A DNA stretch of 64,000 nucleotides from Patescibacteria group bacterium (GTDB lineage Bacteria > Patescibacteriota > Microgenomatia > Levybacterales > UBA12049), in assembly GCA_026004395.1 (NCBI GenBank), contig BPJB01000001.1:15543-79542 (forward strand), given 5' to 3'. This document shows positions 29,982 through 43,704 of the stretch, one piece after another. Every line of letters starts with the position of its first letter. Position 1 is the stretch's first letter. The translations under genes were made by a program, and so were the position numbers. A model generated the notes under the pieces. The model was not told where the DNA came from, made no database searches, and saw only the letters and a program-made list of their open reading frames with translations.

Positions 29982-31376
29982 ATGAACTCTTTGCAGGAAA
30001 AATTGCAATTTTTTGCAGGTAAAAAAATCGCTATACTTGGTCTGGGAGTTGAAGGAATCTCAACTGCTAGATTTCTTGCCAAACAAAAAGCCAACCTTGT
30101 GATTTTTGATCAGAAGTCAGAGTCTGGCGTAGATCCTATTTTTATTAAAGAGGCAAAAGATCTAAAAAGTGTTTGTGTTTTAGGAAAGGATGCATTCAAA
30201 TATTTCGCAAAAGAGAGATTTGATATAGTAATACGCAGTCCCGGTATTAACAAAAACGAAGATTTTCTCATTCATTCTGCACGTTCTGGTGCAATAATCA
30301 CTTCACACACACAACTGTTCTTTGACTTTTGTCCCTGTCCGATCATTGGAGTTACTGGTACAAAAGGCAAGGGAACAACATCAACTCTTATCTATGAAAT
30401 GCTCAAAAAAGATGGAAAGGATGCGTATTTGGGAGGGAATATTGGTATTCCTCCATTAGAGTTTATTGATAAACTCTCCAAAAAATCATTGGTCGTTCTT
30501 GAACTTTCATCATTTCAGTTGCATGATCTGCATGCAAGTCCCCATATTGCTGTTATGCTGATGGTTGTTCCGGAACACTTAGATTATCACGATAGTGCAG
30601 AAGATTATGTTGATGCTAAACGGAATATTCTGCGTTTCCAAAGACACACAGATTTTGCTGTCCTTAATAGAGACTATATTGCAACTAATGAATCTGATAT
30701 TTATACAGATGGTAAAGTATATTTTGTTAGTCGTGAAAGAAAAGTAAATGAAGGATGCTATGTACAAAATGGTGCTTTTTGGATACGGCAAAACGGTCAC
30801 GAGAAAAAAATAATTGACACAAAAAATATTTTATTGCCCGGTAGGCACAACTGGGAAAATATCAGTGCTGCTATTATGGCTGCAAAACTTGCTGGAGTAA
30901 AGGAAGAATCAATAGTTTCTGTTCTTAAGACATTTAAAGGATTAGAGCACCGTCTTGAACTTGTAAGAGAAGTCAATGGTGTGCGCTATTTTGATGATTC
31001 ATTTTCAACAACGCCAGAGACAGCAATTGCTGCCATTGAAGCATTTACTGAACCTGAGATTTTGATTTTAGGAGGATCAAGTAAGAACAGTGATTTTACT
31101 CAGCTAGGTAATACGATCAGTAAGGCTTCAAATATAAAAGCAATTATTGGTATAGGAGAGGAATGGAAGAGGATTAAAGAATCACTTCATGATTTACCTC
31201 ACCATGTGTTAATAGTTGAAGGAGCAGATTCAATGCATAAAGCAGTGAGGGCAGCAGCTGCAATTGCCAGACGGGGAGATGTCGTCATTCTATCTCCAGC
31301 CTGTGCTAGTTTTGATATGTTCAAAAATTATAAAGAGCGGGGAAATATCTTTAAGGAGGAAGTATTCAAACTTTAA
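29982..31376 (+). CDS. murD: UDP-N-acetylmuramoyl-L-alanine--D-glutamate ligase
   Basis: RSPG, VTGTKGKGTT, GGNIG, ELSSFQL, HRLE, SPACASFDMF. Confidence 0.97.
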   Translation: MNSLQEKLQFFAGKKIAILGLGVEGISTARFLAKQKANLVIFDQKSESGVDPIFIKEAKDLKSVCVLGKDAFKYFAKERFDIVIRSPGINKNEDFLIHSARSGAIITSHTQLFFDFCPCPIIGVTGTKGKGTTSTLIYEMLKKDGKDAYLGGNIGIPPLEFIDKLSKKSLVVLELSSFQLHDLHASPHIAVMLMVVPEHLDYHDSAEDYVDAKRNILRFQRHTDFAVLNRDYIATNESDIYTDGKVYFVSRERKVNEGCYVQNGAFWIRQNGHEKKIIDTKNILLPGRHNWENISAAIMAAKLAGVKEESIVSVLKTFKGLEHRLELVREVNGVRYFDDSFSTTPETAIAAIEAFTEPEILILGGSSKNSDFTQLGNTISKASNIKAIIGIGEEWKRIKESLHDLPHHVLIVEGADSMHKAVRAAAAIARRGDVVILSPACASFDMFKNYKERGNIFKEEVFKL

Positions 31377-31393
31377 CTAAAATTAAAATTTAG

Positions 31394-32692
<1,299 letters not shown>

Positions 32693-32702
32693 TATAAAAA
32701 GA

Positions 32703-33369
32703 TTATTTTACAGATTTTTTTGGATGTCTCCAGTAATCTCGCCGAGCTTTCAATATATCAACTCTATGGTAGGGATGTTTTATTGCTCTTTGTATTACTT
32801 CCTCAACAAGACCAACGTTTGCCTCAAGATCTTCTCGACGAAACGCTTTTAAAAGTTCACTGCTTTGAATAATTGCTACGTTTTCACTCGTATAGATATC
32901 AATATAATCATAATCACCAGCAACAATTTTTTCCGGCAAACCATAGGGAAGATTGGTAAAAGGATTATACTGCAATAAAGGAAGAGAAATACGCTCTGAA
33001 AATTTTGCAATTAGTTCTTGCTCTTCTTCGGTAAGTCGAATTTTATCTCCCCAGCGTAAACGATACAGGGTATAATAATGAGGACTCTCCTTGTACATCT
33101 TTTTCTATAATTTGTTTTTTATCTAGAGTGGAGTTTTTAGCCTGGGTAATGCTATCTACGGTATGCATGAGTTTGAAGAGAATTAACTCAAGTATGTGAT
33201 TTATATTTTCAGCTTTTTCTTCTCTTCTTCGGGATGGTAAAAGGAAGGGATAAAGGTGCACATTATTTTGCAAAAGCGCACTTTTTTGATGGGGAATAAT
33301 AAATTCCTGCCACTCAACTGCCTCTGGTATCTCACCAAAATTCATTTGGCGATACCATTCTTTGTTCAT
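32703..33369 (-). CDS. Hypothetical protein, probably one gene split by a frameshift near 33100
   Basis: Overlapping ORFs 33043-33369 and 32703-33098 join as IIEK-MYKESPH if one A is removed from a homopolymer. Confidence 0.55.
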
Positions 33370-33541
33370 TCTAAGATTATTATGGATTGTCGTTGTAGCA
33401 AGATGCCTTGGTATCCTAAAAGATTAGTATTTAGTATTATCTAATTCTTTTGTGAACATGCTACAATAGCGGTATGCAAAGAATAACTTTTTTACAGCTA
33501 CAATCTCATTGTTGTATACAGTTTAATAAGAAGGAAATAAG

Positions 33542-34524
33542 ATGAATAGGAAAAGAGTGTATTCTGGTATACGCGCGACGGGAAGATTGCATCTTGGGAA
33601 TTACCTTGGTGCAGTCAAGGGAATGCTTGAGCTACAGGAGAAGTACGATTGTATTTTTTCTGTAGTTGATTTACATGCAATTACGACTCCGTATGACCCT
33701 AAAACACTTAAGCAATCTGTGAGAGAGGTGATACTGGATTATCTTGGTGCAGGAGTGGATCCGAATAAGTGTTTACTTGAGATACAGTCTCGCGTTCCAG
33801 AGCATACAGAACTTGCGTATTATTTATCTACGATTTATCCTGTTGCCCGTCTTGGAGGATCTCCCAACGTATAAAGACAAAAAGGCTCAGCACCCAAAAT
33901 ATGTGAATATGGGTCTTCTATATTATCCCATACTTAATGGCAGCGGATATTTTGCTTTATAAAGCTGAGCTTGTTCCGGTTGGGATTGATCAGGAGCCCC
34001 ATATTGAGGTTACCCGCGAGATTGCTCGCAAATTTAACAGTATGTTTGGAGACACATTTCCCGAGCCCAAAAGATTTGCAACAGCGGGTGAGTATATACC
34101 ATCGCTTTTAGGAGAAGGGAAGATGAGCAAGTCAGTGGAGGGAAGTTATATTTCTCTAACTGATGATTTGGAAACAATCAAGCGCCGTCTAGCTGCTGCT
34201 CCTACTGATAGCGGAAAGACCGGTGGGGAAGTGCCAAAAACTGGAGGAGTTGCTCATCTTTTTACTCTTTTGAAACTTTTTTCTCTAGAGCTCTATGAAA
34301 AGTACGCCAAGGATTATCAAGAAGGAAAGATTCGCTATAGCGATATGAAATCGGATCTTGCACAGTTAATTTTTAATGAACTTCAACCTTTCCAAAAGAA
34401 GCGCAAAGAGTTTGAAAACAATCCTCAACTTGTTGATGCAATTTTGGATGAACATACTCATCAACTTCGCAGAATGGCGCAGTCTACAATACAAGAAGTA
34501 AAACAAAAGATGGGTTTTCTTTGA
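33542..34524 (+). CDS. trpS: Tryptophanyl-tRNA synthetase (two apparent frameshifts near 33860 and 33935)
   Basis: HLGNY, VDLHAIT, GLLYYPIL/MAADIL, VPVGIDQ, KMSKS spread over three frames. Confidence 0.93.
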
Positions 34525-34774
34525 TGTGAGTAAAAGAGAAGAGTAGAATATTGCTTAAAAACTGTTTAATTGGTAATGTTTATAATCAATCTACGCGTGT
34601 GCAAGACTAGACAAAATTTAATTGATGAGAGTCATTAATTCATCTTACATTAGAGTTTCATGTATATTCACTCCTTAAGTTATAATTTCTTTAGCGGGAA
34701 AAATTATTTTTTTAATAGAGGGTAGAGGATGATAAAGTATTGAAAAAAATACGAATGATACTGTTTGATATAGT

Positions 34775-34876
34775 TTTTTCACAAGATTTTAATTACTTTT
34801 CACAAAATAAAAGTCATAAATAAAATGTGGATAACTTTCTCAAATGATTGACTGATTAATTAAAGAATTGTATGCT
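34775..34876 (+). promoter_or_regulatory. guaB promoter (TTGACT-17-TATGCT) preceded by DnaA-box-like 9-mers
   Basis: TTTTTCACA 34775-34783, CTTTTCACA 34796-34804, TGTGGATAA 34826-34834 (perfect reverse DnaA box). Confidence 0.55.
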
Positions 34877-34881
34877 AAATT

Positions 34882-36026
34882 ATGGACTATCCCAAAACTT
34901 TTCCTCTAGGTCTGACCTTTGATGACGTTCTTCTTCTCCCTGGATTTAGTGATTTTTCCCGCTCTGAAATTTCTCTTGAAGACACAGATCACTAAAAAAC
35001 TGCGTTTGCAGATTCCTTTTATATCCTCACCCATGGACACGGTCACAGAACACAAGCTGGCGATTGCGCTTGGTAAAATGGGAGGACTGGGCATAATCCA
35101 TAGAAATCTGCTTATAGCTGATCAGGTGGCAGAGGTAAAAGCTGTCAAAGCAAAAGGACTTTTGGTGGGAGCTGCTGTGGGTGTTGGTAAGGGTTTTGAA
35201 GCATCGTGTTGAAGCGCTCATTGAGGCAGGGGTTGATATTATTGTCATAGATTCTGCTCATGGTTATTCTGCTCCTGTCCTCTCTACTCTACGTTGGATT
35301 AAGCAAAAATATTCTGCGACGCAAGTAATGGCAGGCAGTGTGGCAACATATGATGGTGCCCGAGCTCTTATTGATGCAGGTGCAGACTGTCTTCGTGTTG
35401 GTATGGGACCTGGTGCAATTTGCACCACGCGAATCATATCAGGAATGGGTGTACCGCAGATCACTGCTCTTCTTGAGACAGTAAAGGCTGCAAGAGCGGC
35501 TGGAATTCCAATAATTGCTGATGGAGGGATTAAATACTCAGGAGATATGGTCAAAGCCTTGGCAGCAGGCGCCTCAGCTTGTATGATGGGTTCTTTTTTT
35601 GCTTCTGCTGAGGAGTCTCCCGGTGAAGTTCATGTTCTAGACCGTGCTCATGTCCCCCACCGTTTTCAAAGCATTCTGACGCAGAGAGAGACATATAAGT
35701 TCAAATCTTATCGTGGAATGGGATCTGTCGGAGCTATGCAACAAGGAGCGAAAATAAAATCTGAAGATGAGTTTCATGGCAAAAATTACTACAAAGATCG
35801 AGTGCTTGTTGCTGAGGGTGTAGAAGGTTTGGTACCTATTAAGGGGACAGTTAGAGAGTTAGTTGAACAATCAATTGGTGGTATCAAATCAGGAATGTAT
35901 TATGTAGGTGCGAGAACAATAGAAGAATTGTGGAAGAAAGCGCAGTTTATCCAAATCACACAAGCATCACTTACAGAATCTCATCCTCATGATATTCTTA
36001 TTACCAATCCTGGCGATAACTATTAG
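34882..36026 (+). CDS. guaB: IMP dehydrogenase lacking CBS domains (apparent frameshifts near 34975 and 35200)
   Basis: [64 protein letters not shown]. Confidence 0.93.
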
Positions 36027-37052
36027 AGATAAGCCTCAAGACCTTTAGCGGGAATAAAACTAGACTCAAAGGCAGTAGCATTACATACCTTCCAGCTGCT
36101 CTTGGGTGAGGATATTCTCCTTTTTAAGAAATAGAAATTGCTCTTTTAGCTGTGCGCCTTCAATCATCTCCGGCCAATCAGTATTGATTGTAAACTTGAC
36201 ACCGTATTTTATAAATGTATGCAGAATGCGACGAAGTTCAGCAATGTTCTTCACTGCACGTGTTGCTAGGTTTGAAAGTGGACAGACCTCAAGTACAATA
36301 TTTCTCTTGACAATCTCTTTCATAAGTGAACTATCAGAGGCAGCATGAATACCATGTCCTATTCGATCAGGAGAGATATATTCAAGAGCTTCCCAGAGAT
36401 CATTGTTATTTCTAACTTCTCCAGTATGGACAGTAATTTTTAATCCTGCCTTGCGGGCTTTTTGAAAAAGATTTCTATAATCTTTGAAATTAAATCTAGG
36501 ATCTATAGGTCCAGCAACATCTATTCCCACTACTCCCCTCTTGTGATACTTTATGGCTTTCTCAACAATAATTGCATTTTGTTCATAAGAAAACTCGCGA
36601 GCAAGACTAAATATTAATCCAGCTGACAATTTGGGATATTCAAGTAGAGCTCTCTCCATTCCACGTAGCATAGCCATAATGACATGATCCAGATCAATAG
36701 TTCCACCATGATTATGTTTCATTGGGTTATTGCGAAGCTCAAGAAGAATAATATTGTTTGCTCTATAAGCTCCTCCCATAATCTGATGTGTTGCATGTTC
36801 AACAGCGTGTGTTCCGGATGAGAGCCGATCCAATAAAGGATGGTATATTTTCTCGAAGTACGTATTAAGTGGCATGGTGCGTTTAGATGAAAGGCGTATA
36901 AACTCTTTAAATTCATGATAATCACGTTTTGGAAGTTTAAATCCTTGATCATGAGCTATCTGCCAGTAGATAGATGGATGAATAGATGCTCCCAAATGAG
37001 CATGAAGTTCAGCCAGTGGAAAATTGGGAAATGATGAGCTATTTGAATCCAT
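36023..37052 (-). CDS. add: Adenosine/AMP deaminase family protein (apparent frameshift near 36090)
   Basis: ELHAHLG, TVHTGE, RIGHG, EVCPLSN, INTDWP; C-terminal NATAFESSF lies in the next frame. Confidence 0.88.
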
Positions 37053-37114
37053 AATCCATTTTAAATACTATTGTCTCTTTTCGCAAGAAAACACCTTAAG
37101 TTATAATAAGTTGC

Positions 37115-38641
37115 ATGATTTATGTAGTTGATTTTGGATCTCAGACTGCGCATCTTATAAAGCGACGAATAAGAGATTTAGGAGCTATAACGAAATTTAT
37201 TACTCCAGATGAAATAATGGCTGCAATACAAAAAGAAAAACCCCATGGGATTATCCTCTCTGGTGGACCAGCCTCAGTCTATGACTCAAACTCCCCTACT
37301 CTTGGGAAGGAGATTTTCTCAATGAACATTCCTCTTCTTGCGATTTGTTATGGTATGCAGTTGATGATGCAGCTGTTGGGTGGGACTGTTGTCTCGGGGA
37401 AAAAAGAATATGGTCCTTCTGTTCTTGTACGCATCTCAAATAAAGGAAAGTTATTAAAAGGTGTTCCGCCTCGATCTACGGTTTGGATGAGTCATGGAGA
37501 TGAGGTAGTAGTACTTCCTCAAGGGTTTGAAACAATTGCATCAACAGATAATGTCCAATATGCTTGTGTAGCTGACCTAAAGAAAAAACTTTTTGGGATG
37601 CTTTTTCATCCTGAAGTTGAACATACAGAGTACGGAGAAGTTATACTAAAAAATTTTGTTGAGCTTTGTAATACTCCTCTTATTCAAAAGGAAATAGATA
37701 TTCAAGAATTAGAAAAAAGTATTCGTCGGGAAGTTGGAGAGGCATATGTGATTGGCGCGGTATCAGGCGGAGTGGATTCTACTGTAGCCGCAGCTCTTAC
37801 CGCGCGGGCAATAGGAAAAAAATTTGTGCCTTTTTATGTTGATAATGGTCTAATGCGCGAGGGAACAACTCAGCAAGTTAAAGCAATTTTTAAACACCTT
37901 GGTGTTTCAGTAGATATCATCGAGGTTGAGGAAGAGATGCTTGAGAGACTGAAAGGAATTGATGAACCTGAAGAAAAACGGAAGATAATTGGCAACTTTT
38001 ATATCGAACTTTTCGAAAGAGAAATGAAAAAGCTTAAAACAGCTGGAAAAGATGTTGAGTTTCTTCTTCAAGGGACAATCTACTCGGATGTGATTGAGAG
38101 CAAAGGAACTAAATATGCAAGTAAAATTAAGTCGCATCATAATGTTTTGGGACTTCCCAAAAAAATGAAATTAAAGTTGTTGGAGCCTTTAAGAAATTTT
38201 TATAAAGATGAGGTAAGAGAACTTGGTATCAAACTTGGGCTTCCTGATTCTTTTGTATACCAACAGCCCTTTCCCGGTCCTGGATACGCTATAAGGATTC
38301 GGGGTGAGGTGACAAAAGATAGACTCGAAAAAGAGCGAATTGCAGATAGAATTGTCCTTGAAGAATTAAAAAAAGCTGGTTTTTTGCAAAAAGTATTTAT
38401 TTCTTTTCCTGTTTTAACAGGTGCTTTTTCCACAGCAGTTAAAGGTGATGGAAGATTTTTTGGAGAAGTGATTGCACTTCGTGTTGTTGAGTCAAAAGAT
38501 GTAATGACTTCAAAATGGTCGCACCTACCCTACTCACTTTTACAAGTGATATCCAGTCGTATTGTCAATGAGGTCCCTGGTATTTCGCGGGTAGTGTATG
38601 ATATCACAACTAAACCTCCTGCCACGATGGAATGGGAGTAA
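37115..38641 (+). CDS. guaA: GMP synthase (glutamine-hydrolysing)
   Basis: DFGSQ, SGGP, ICYGMQ, FHPEV, SGGVDS, PFPGPG, KPPATMEWE. Confidence 0.97.
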   Translation: MIYVVDFGSQTAHLIKRRIRDLGAITKFITPDEIMAAIQKEKPHGIILSGGPASVYDSNSPTLGKEIFSMNIPLLAICYGMQLMMQLLGGTVVSGKKEYGPSVLVRISNKGKLLKGVPPRSTVWMSHGDEVVVLPQGFETIASTDNVQYACVADLKKKLFGMLFHPEVEHTEYGEVILKNFVELCNTPLIQKEIDIQELEKSIRREVGEAYVIGAVSGGVDSTVAAALTARAIGKKFVPFYVDNGLMREGTTQQVKAIFKHLGVSVDIIEVEEEMLERLKGIDEPEEKRKIIGNFYIELFEREMKKLKTAGKDVEFLLQGTIYSDVIESKGTKYASKIKSHHNVLGLPKKMKLKLLEPLRNFYKDEVRELGIKLGLPDSFVYQQPFPGPGYAIRIRGEVTKDRLEKERIADRIVLEELKKAGFLQKVFISFPVLTGAFSTAVKGDGRFFGEVIALRVVESKDVMTSKWSHLPYSLLQVISSRIVNEVPGISRVVYDITTKPPATMEWE

Positions 38642-39430
38642 TTATTTTTGGGAAGGCGCAGAGAGAATAAATTTTTCAATAACAGTTGCTGCGCCATCTT
38701 CCGTGACTGAGGGAGCTATATAATCAGCGATTGCTTTGAGATCAGCAATCGCATTACCCATCGCTACTTTTAGTCCGCATGCCATCAAGAGAGAAAAATC
38801 GTTATAGCTGTCCCCTACTCCGATCATCTCTTGAGGACTAACATTAATTCGTTTTCCGACCTCATATATACCGTGTAGTTTTGTTGCTTTTGCATGAGTG
38901 ATATTAATTCCATATTTATTAGGATGTTTATGCCGAGATTTATAGAGTGTAATATTGGATAAATGAGAGAGTGTATTGATAACACTATTAGCCTTATCTT
39001 CAGAAAGTATTTCATCCGTAAAGAACATATAGGCATTTTCAAATGTTTGTCCGTTTTGGAATGTTTGCAATGCGCAGGAATATTCATGGTGATTTTGTTT
39101 TAGATAAAATGGTATATTTTCCTGCTGGAGAAAAGAGATGATCTCTTCTGCATCCTGCTTTTCTATAGGTTGATCATAAACAATAGTACCCTTTGAGAGT
39201 TCAATAACTTGAGCACCATTATTAATAACAGCATAACCTGTATTTAGATCTAGTTTTTTTAGAATTTCTTTAAGGAATCCATATGATCGTCCTGTAACAA
39301 GAGAAACTGTGACGTATTTTTGAGCTTTTTTGATCGCCTCAGCAACAGTATCAGATGGCAGTGCGGAATAGTTATAAGGGATGAGTGTCCCATCAACATC
39401 GAACATTATTGCTTTGTAACGCATAGGCAC
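38642..39430 (-). CDS. Cof-type HAD family phosphatase
   Basis: FDVDGTL, VTGR, K, GDSYND, AMGNA. Confidence 0.9.
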   Translation of the reverse strand: MPMRYKAIMFDVDGTLIPYNYSALPSDTVAEAIKKAQKYVTVSLVTGRSYGFLKEILKKLDLNTGYAVINNGAQVIELSKGTIVYDQPIEKQDAEEIISFLQQENIPFYLKQNHHEYSCALQTFQNGQTFENAYMFFTDEILSEDKANSVINTLSHLSNITLYKSRHKHPNKYGINITHAKATKLHGIYEVGKRINVSPQEMIGVGDSYNDFSLLMACGLKVAMGNAIADLKAIADYIAPSVTEDGAATVIEKFILSAPSQK

Positions 39431-39497
39431 ATATTGTAATGAGTTATTTATTGCTATTCAAGCCTCATGTATCATTATCTTTGAATCATGCTACAAT

Positions 39498-41272
39498 ATG
39501 GCTGCAATGGACCAGGTCAATCAGATTAGAGACAAGATAGATCTTGTATCCTTTATTCAAGAAACAGTCCCTCTTAAAAAAGCAGGCAAGAATTTCAAAG
39601 GTCTTTGTCCATTTCATAATGAAAAGACTCCATCATTTATGGTTTCTCCTGAAAAACAAGTGTGGCATTGTTTTGGTTGTAACGCAGGAGGAGATATATA
39701 TACCTTTCTTATGCAGTATGAGCGTATTGATTTCCCGGAGGCACTGCGTATTCTAGCAAAACGAGCTGGTATTGAATTAATTCAGACAAATTATGATTCT
39801 GGACTTTCATCAAAAAAGGAAAGACTCTACTCTCTTAACTCTCTGGCGGCAGAATATTATCATTATCTTCTGACAAAACATGCTGTTGGAGAAAAAGCAA
39901 GGCTTTATCTTAAAGAAAGAGGTTTAAATGAGAAGATAATTGAGACATTTCAATTAGGGTTTGCTCCATCTATTGGCAATGGTCTCTCTCGCTATCTTCT
40001 TGAGAAGAAAAAATACGAGAAAGAAGAATTGATTGATGCAGGACTTGCGTTTAATCGTGGTAGAGATGTGGTAGATTTTTTCCGAGGAAGGATTATGTTT
40101 CCGCTTATTGATCATCGAGATAATGTAGTAGGTTTTTCCGGAAGAATTCTTGATAATACGAAGTCAACTTCAAAATATATTAATACGCGCGAGACTCTTG
40201 TTTATCATAAAGGAGAACATTTTTACGGACTAAATGTCACCAAAGAATTTATTCGCAAAACAGGTCAGGCAATTTTAGTTGAGGGAGAATTTGATGTCAT
40301 TTCATCATTTCAGGAAGGTATTACCAATGTTGTTGCTGTCAAGGGAACTGCTCTTACACAGCAGCAGATTAATCTCATTGGAAGATACGCTCAAAAGATC
40401 TCAATCTGTTTTGACAAAGATGCAGCTGGTCAGGAGGCAATTAGGCGTAGTCTTCCTCTTATTGAGAGTAAGGGTCTTCGTGTAACAGTTGTTGTTATTC
40501 AAGATGGAAAAGATCCTGATGAGGCAGTTAGGAAAAATCCCGCTAGGATTTAAAATGGCTATCCGTAAAGATATGGGAGTTTACGACTATCTTTTTGAAC
40601 AAGCAAGAGCTCGTTTTGATGCCACAACGATTGAGGGGAAAAAGGAGATTGCGGATGAGTTATTACCGGTAATTTCAGGCATTACAAATGCGATTGTTAA
40701 GGAACATTATCTTCGCAAGTTAAGCTCTTTACTTAATACAAGCTATGAAAGTATTGCCAAAGAACTGGAAAAAACACAAAAAAGAACACCTATTTTACCT
40801 CAGATGCTCAAAGTACAACCAAAAAGATCCCGAGAGGAAATTTTAGAGGAATATTTAATCTCTCTTATTATTCAGTTTGATGATCCTCATTTAGCTTTAG
40901 AAAAAGCAAACACTATTCTTGCAGACGTTTTTTCCAAAGAAAAAGCGTATCAGAAGCTTTTAGATATTTTAACTAATTATTTTCAATATAATGAGAGATT
41001 TGATAGTCGGAAGTTTGAACAATTACTTACCAGAGGAGTTGCATTTTATTTACAATAAAAGTATTTTATTCCCTCTTCCAACTTTTTCTTCACCTCAAAA
41101 ATATCTCCATGAGATTGAAAAAGTTGCATGGGAGTTGAGAGATTTATCACTACGTGAAAAGATCAGAATGCTTAGTGAACAAATATCAAAGTATGAAAAA
41201 GAGGGAAAATCAGAAGAAATTGAGTCTTTGCGATCAGAATATGCCCATCTTCTCTCTCTCTTACATAAATAA
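39498..41272 (+). CDS. dnaG: DNA primase (apparent frameshifts near 40545 and 41025)
   Basis: CPFHNEKTPSF...WHCFGC, FRGRIMFP, GFSGR, KYIN, EGEFD, DKDAAG, KDPDE; followed by rpoD. Confidence 0.95.
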
Positions 41273-41367
41273 TTAAATATTATTAGCATTTTTATACAAA
41301 GTATGCTACTATAATACCAAAGAAGCCCGAATTTGAGGTGGGCTTTATTCTGTTGGAGGTGGAGAAT

Positions 41368-42456
41368 ATGAGCAGCAAAACAAAATCCCCATCAATTTTA
41401 GACGACATTGTGGCTTCAGCTAAAAAAAGAGGTTATATAACTCAGGATGAGATTCTTGGTATTTATTCAAAGCCTGAGGAACATATTCAAGAGCTTGATG
41501 AGCTTTATGACAGGCTCATGAAGCTTGATGTTGATGTATTTGAGAGTGTATCTCAAGATCAAGATGAACAAAAGCCTATTGAAGATTTGGAGAAAGAGCT
41601 TGAGGCTCTTACTGTTCTTACAGAAGGAACGGTATCTGATCCTGTGAGAATGTATCTTAAGGAAATAGGCCGTATTCCCCTTTTGACATTTGATCAGGAA
41701 ATTGAACTGGCTAAGCGTGTTGAAAAAGGAGATGAACAGGCAAAACAAATGCTTATCAACTCCAATCTTCGTCTTGTTGTCTCCATTGCCAAAAAATACA
41801 TTGGAAGAGGACTCTCACTTCTTGATCTTATTCAGGAGGGTAATCAAGGACTTATAAGAGCTGTTGAGAAATATGATTGGAGGCGAGGTTTTAAATTCTC
41901 AACCTATGCTACCTGGTGGATTAGACAGTCTGTCACTCGTGCTATTGCTGATCAGGCTAGAACTATTCGTATTCCAGTGCATATGGTTGAGAATATCAAC
42001 AGATTTTTACGAGCTTCTCGCAAGCTTATGCAGGAGCTTGGTCGTGAACCAACACCTGAGGAGGTAGCAGCTGCTTTAGGAATAGAGCCGGAGAAGGCTT
42101 TGGAGATTATCAAGATTTCTCAGAATCCTGCATCGCTTGAGGCACCAGTTGGAGATGAGGAAGATAGTCGTCTAGGAGATTTCATACATGATGCAACAGC
42201 GCCTACCCTTTTTGATTCAGCTTCTAGAGAATTATTAAAAGAACAGGTTGATGAAGTACTTTCTACTCTATCAGATAGAGAAAGAAGGGTTTTAGAAGAG
42301 AGGTTTGGTCTTAAAGATGGCCGTCCAAAGACATTAGAAGAAGTTGGTCGGATGTTTGCTGTTACGCGTGAGCGCATCAGGCAGATTGAGGCAAAAGCCT
42401 TAAGAAAACTTCGCCATCCAAGTAGAGGTAATAAACTTAAAGATTATTTAGGATAA
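41368..42456 (+). CDS. rpoD: Primary RNA polymerase sigma factor
   Basis: [44 protein letters not shown]; RBS GGAGG. Confidence 0.98.
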   Translation: MSSKTKSPSILDDIVASAKKRGYITQDEILGIYSKPEEHIQELDELYDRLMKLDVDVFESVSQDQDEQKPIEDLEKELEALTVLTEGTVSDPVRMYLKEIGRIPLLTFDQEIELAKRVEKGDEQAKQMLINSNLRLVVSIAKKYIGRGLSLLDLIQEGNQGLIRAVEKYDWRRGFKFSTYATWWIRQSVTRAIADQARTIRIPVHMVENINRFLRASRKLMQELGREPTPEEVAAALGIEPEKALEIIKISQNPASLEAPVGDEEDSRLGDFIHDATAPTLFDSASRELLKEQVDEVLSTLSDRERRVLEERFGLKDGRPKTLEEVGRMFAVTRERIRQIEAKALRKLRHPSRGNKLKDYLG

Positions 42457-43086
42457 TATTGTTTCCTCAATGCTTTTTTTCCATTTTTTAACATACAGAA
42501 GATACGGAATAATACCTAAAAAATTAGCAACTGCCGCAATGATAAAAAGTGTAGTAAAACCATAAACCCGTGCAATAAATCCACCTATTACTGCAGCAAG
42601 AGCCATACTCAGAAAAACTGAGGCATCAAGTATTCCCCACTGTGCAGCATCTGTTGATTTATCAAGATGTGATGAAAAAAGGGAATTTTTCGCAGGTGTA
42701 GCAATACCAATACCAAGTCCTAAAAGAGCATAAAAGATATATGTTTGTGTTAAGAGTTCTGAAAAGGCTAATCCTACATATGAAATACTAATAATTATTA
42801 TTCCTAATACAGTCATAAGAAATTTATAAGCAATACTTTTGCGTGTTAAGTATTTGCCAGTATAGAGTTCAAACAATACCCGACTCACCAAATAGATGCT
42901 ATATGCTGTTGCAGCATTATCAATGGTTCCTTTTTGTATATCTGTGATAAATATTGCAACAATAGGCGCGATGAAATTCCATGCAGACCAAATGAGAGTT
43001 TCCGATATAATATATGCTCTAACGATTGAGGAAGCATGGTATTGTTTCGTAGGAATACCCTTATCAATCAGATTATCTTTTATCAT
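42448..43086 (-). CDS. Half-size MFS-type transporter (about 6 TM)
   Basis: Six hydrophobic helices with MFS-like pattern ([10 protein letters not shown]...GGFIA..YGFTTLF). Confidence 0.7.
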   Translation of the reverse strand: MIKDNLIDKGIPTKQYHASSIVRAYIISETLIWSAWNFIAPIVAIFITDIQKGTIDNAATAYSIYLVSRVLFELYTGKYLTRKSIAYKFLMTVLGIIIISISYVGLAFSELLTQTYIFYALLGLGIGIATPAKNSLFSSHLDKSTDAAQWGILDASVFLSMALAAVIGGFIARVYGFTTLFIIAAVANFLGIIPYLLYVKKWKKSIEETILS

Positions 43087-43186
43087 TGATTTTTTATCAT
43101 ACCCAGTTTTTAAGATGATTGTAAAGAAATTCAATAAAAAGTGCTTTTTCTTTATCTTAACAGATAAAAGGTGATAAAATATACAT

Positions 43187-43553
43187 ATGCAAACTGTCTC
43201 TAAGAATATTCTATCTCACAAGCACTGTATCCCATGTGAAGGAGGTACAGATCCTCTCAAAGGAGAGAAGACTTGCTGACCTATACATCAATTCTTCCGG
43301 AGTGGATAGTAATTGATGAGAGAGAAAATAGAAAAGGATTTTGTCTTCAAAGATTTCCAACAAGCTGTTGTTTTTGTCAATAAGAGTTGCCGATCTTGCA
43401 GAGACAGAAGGACATCATCCTGATATTTTCTTGCATAACTGGCGCAAGGTGAAGATTATGCTTACCACGCATGCGATTAAAGGATTATCTGAAAACGATT
43501 TTATACTCGCAGTAAAAGTGAATAACATCTATCAAAAGATGATGAATCATTAA
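43187..43553 (+). CDS. Pterin-4-alpha-carbinolamine dehydratase (frameshifted)
   Basis: HCIPCEGG..PL at the start, F.FKDF, AETEGHHPDI, THAIKGLSENDFILA across frames. Confidence 0.85.
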
Positions 43554-43629
43554 CCTCTAGATTTCTTATTTTTAAGATGCTAAAATAACCAAACATTTAG
43601 TGAGATAAATAGATGTAGTTTTAAAGTAA

Positions 43630-43704
43630 TCCGCGGTAGCTCAATGGTAGAGCAGGAAGCTGTTAACTTCAAGGTTCTAGGTTCGAGTCCTAGCCGCGGA
43701 GCCA
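43630..43704 (+). tRNA. tRNA-Asn (GUU), island integration site
   Basis: TCCGCGG...CCGCGGA-G-CCA; anticodon loop CTGTTAA; GGTTCGAGTCC. Confidence 0.95.

Noticed and set aside
36023-37052. Deaminase as a KomA partner of the island HAM1 (Kongming system)
   Set aside because: It lies 19 kb away inside the gua cluster, and no Sir2/KomC gene is seen
33542-41272. Programmed frameshifting or true pseudogenes in trpS, guaB and dnaG
   Set aside because: No shared slippery motif and the genes are essential; indel errors are more parsimonious
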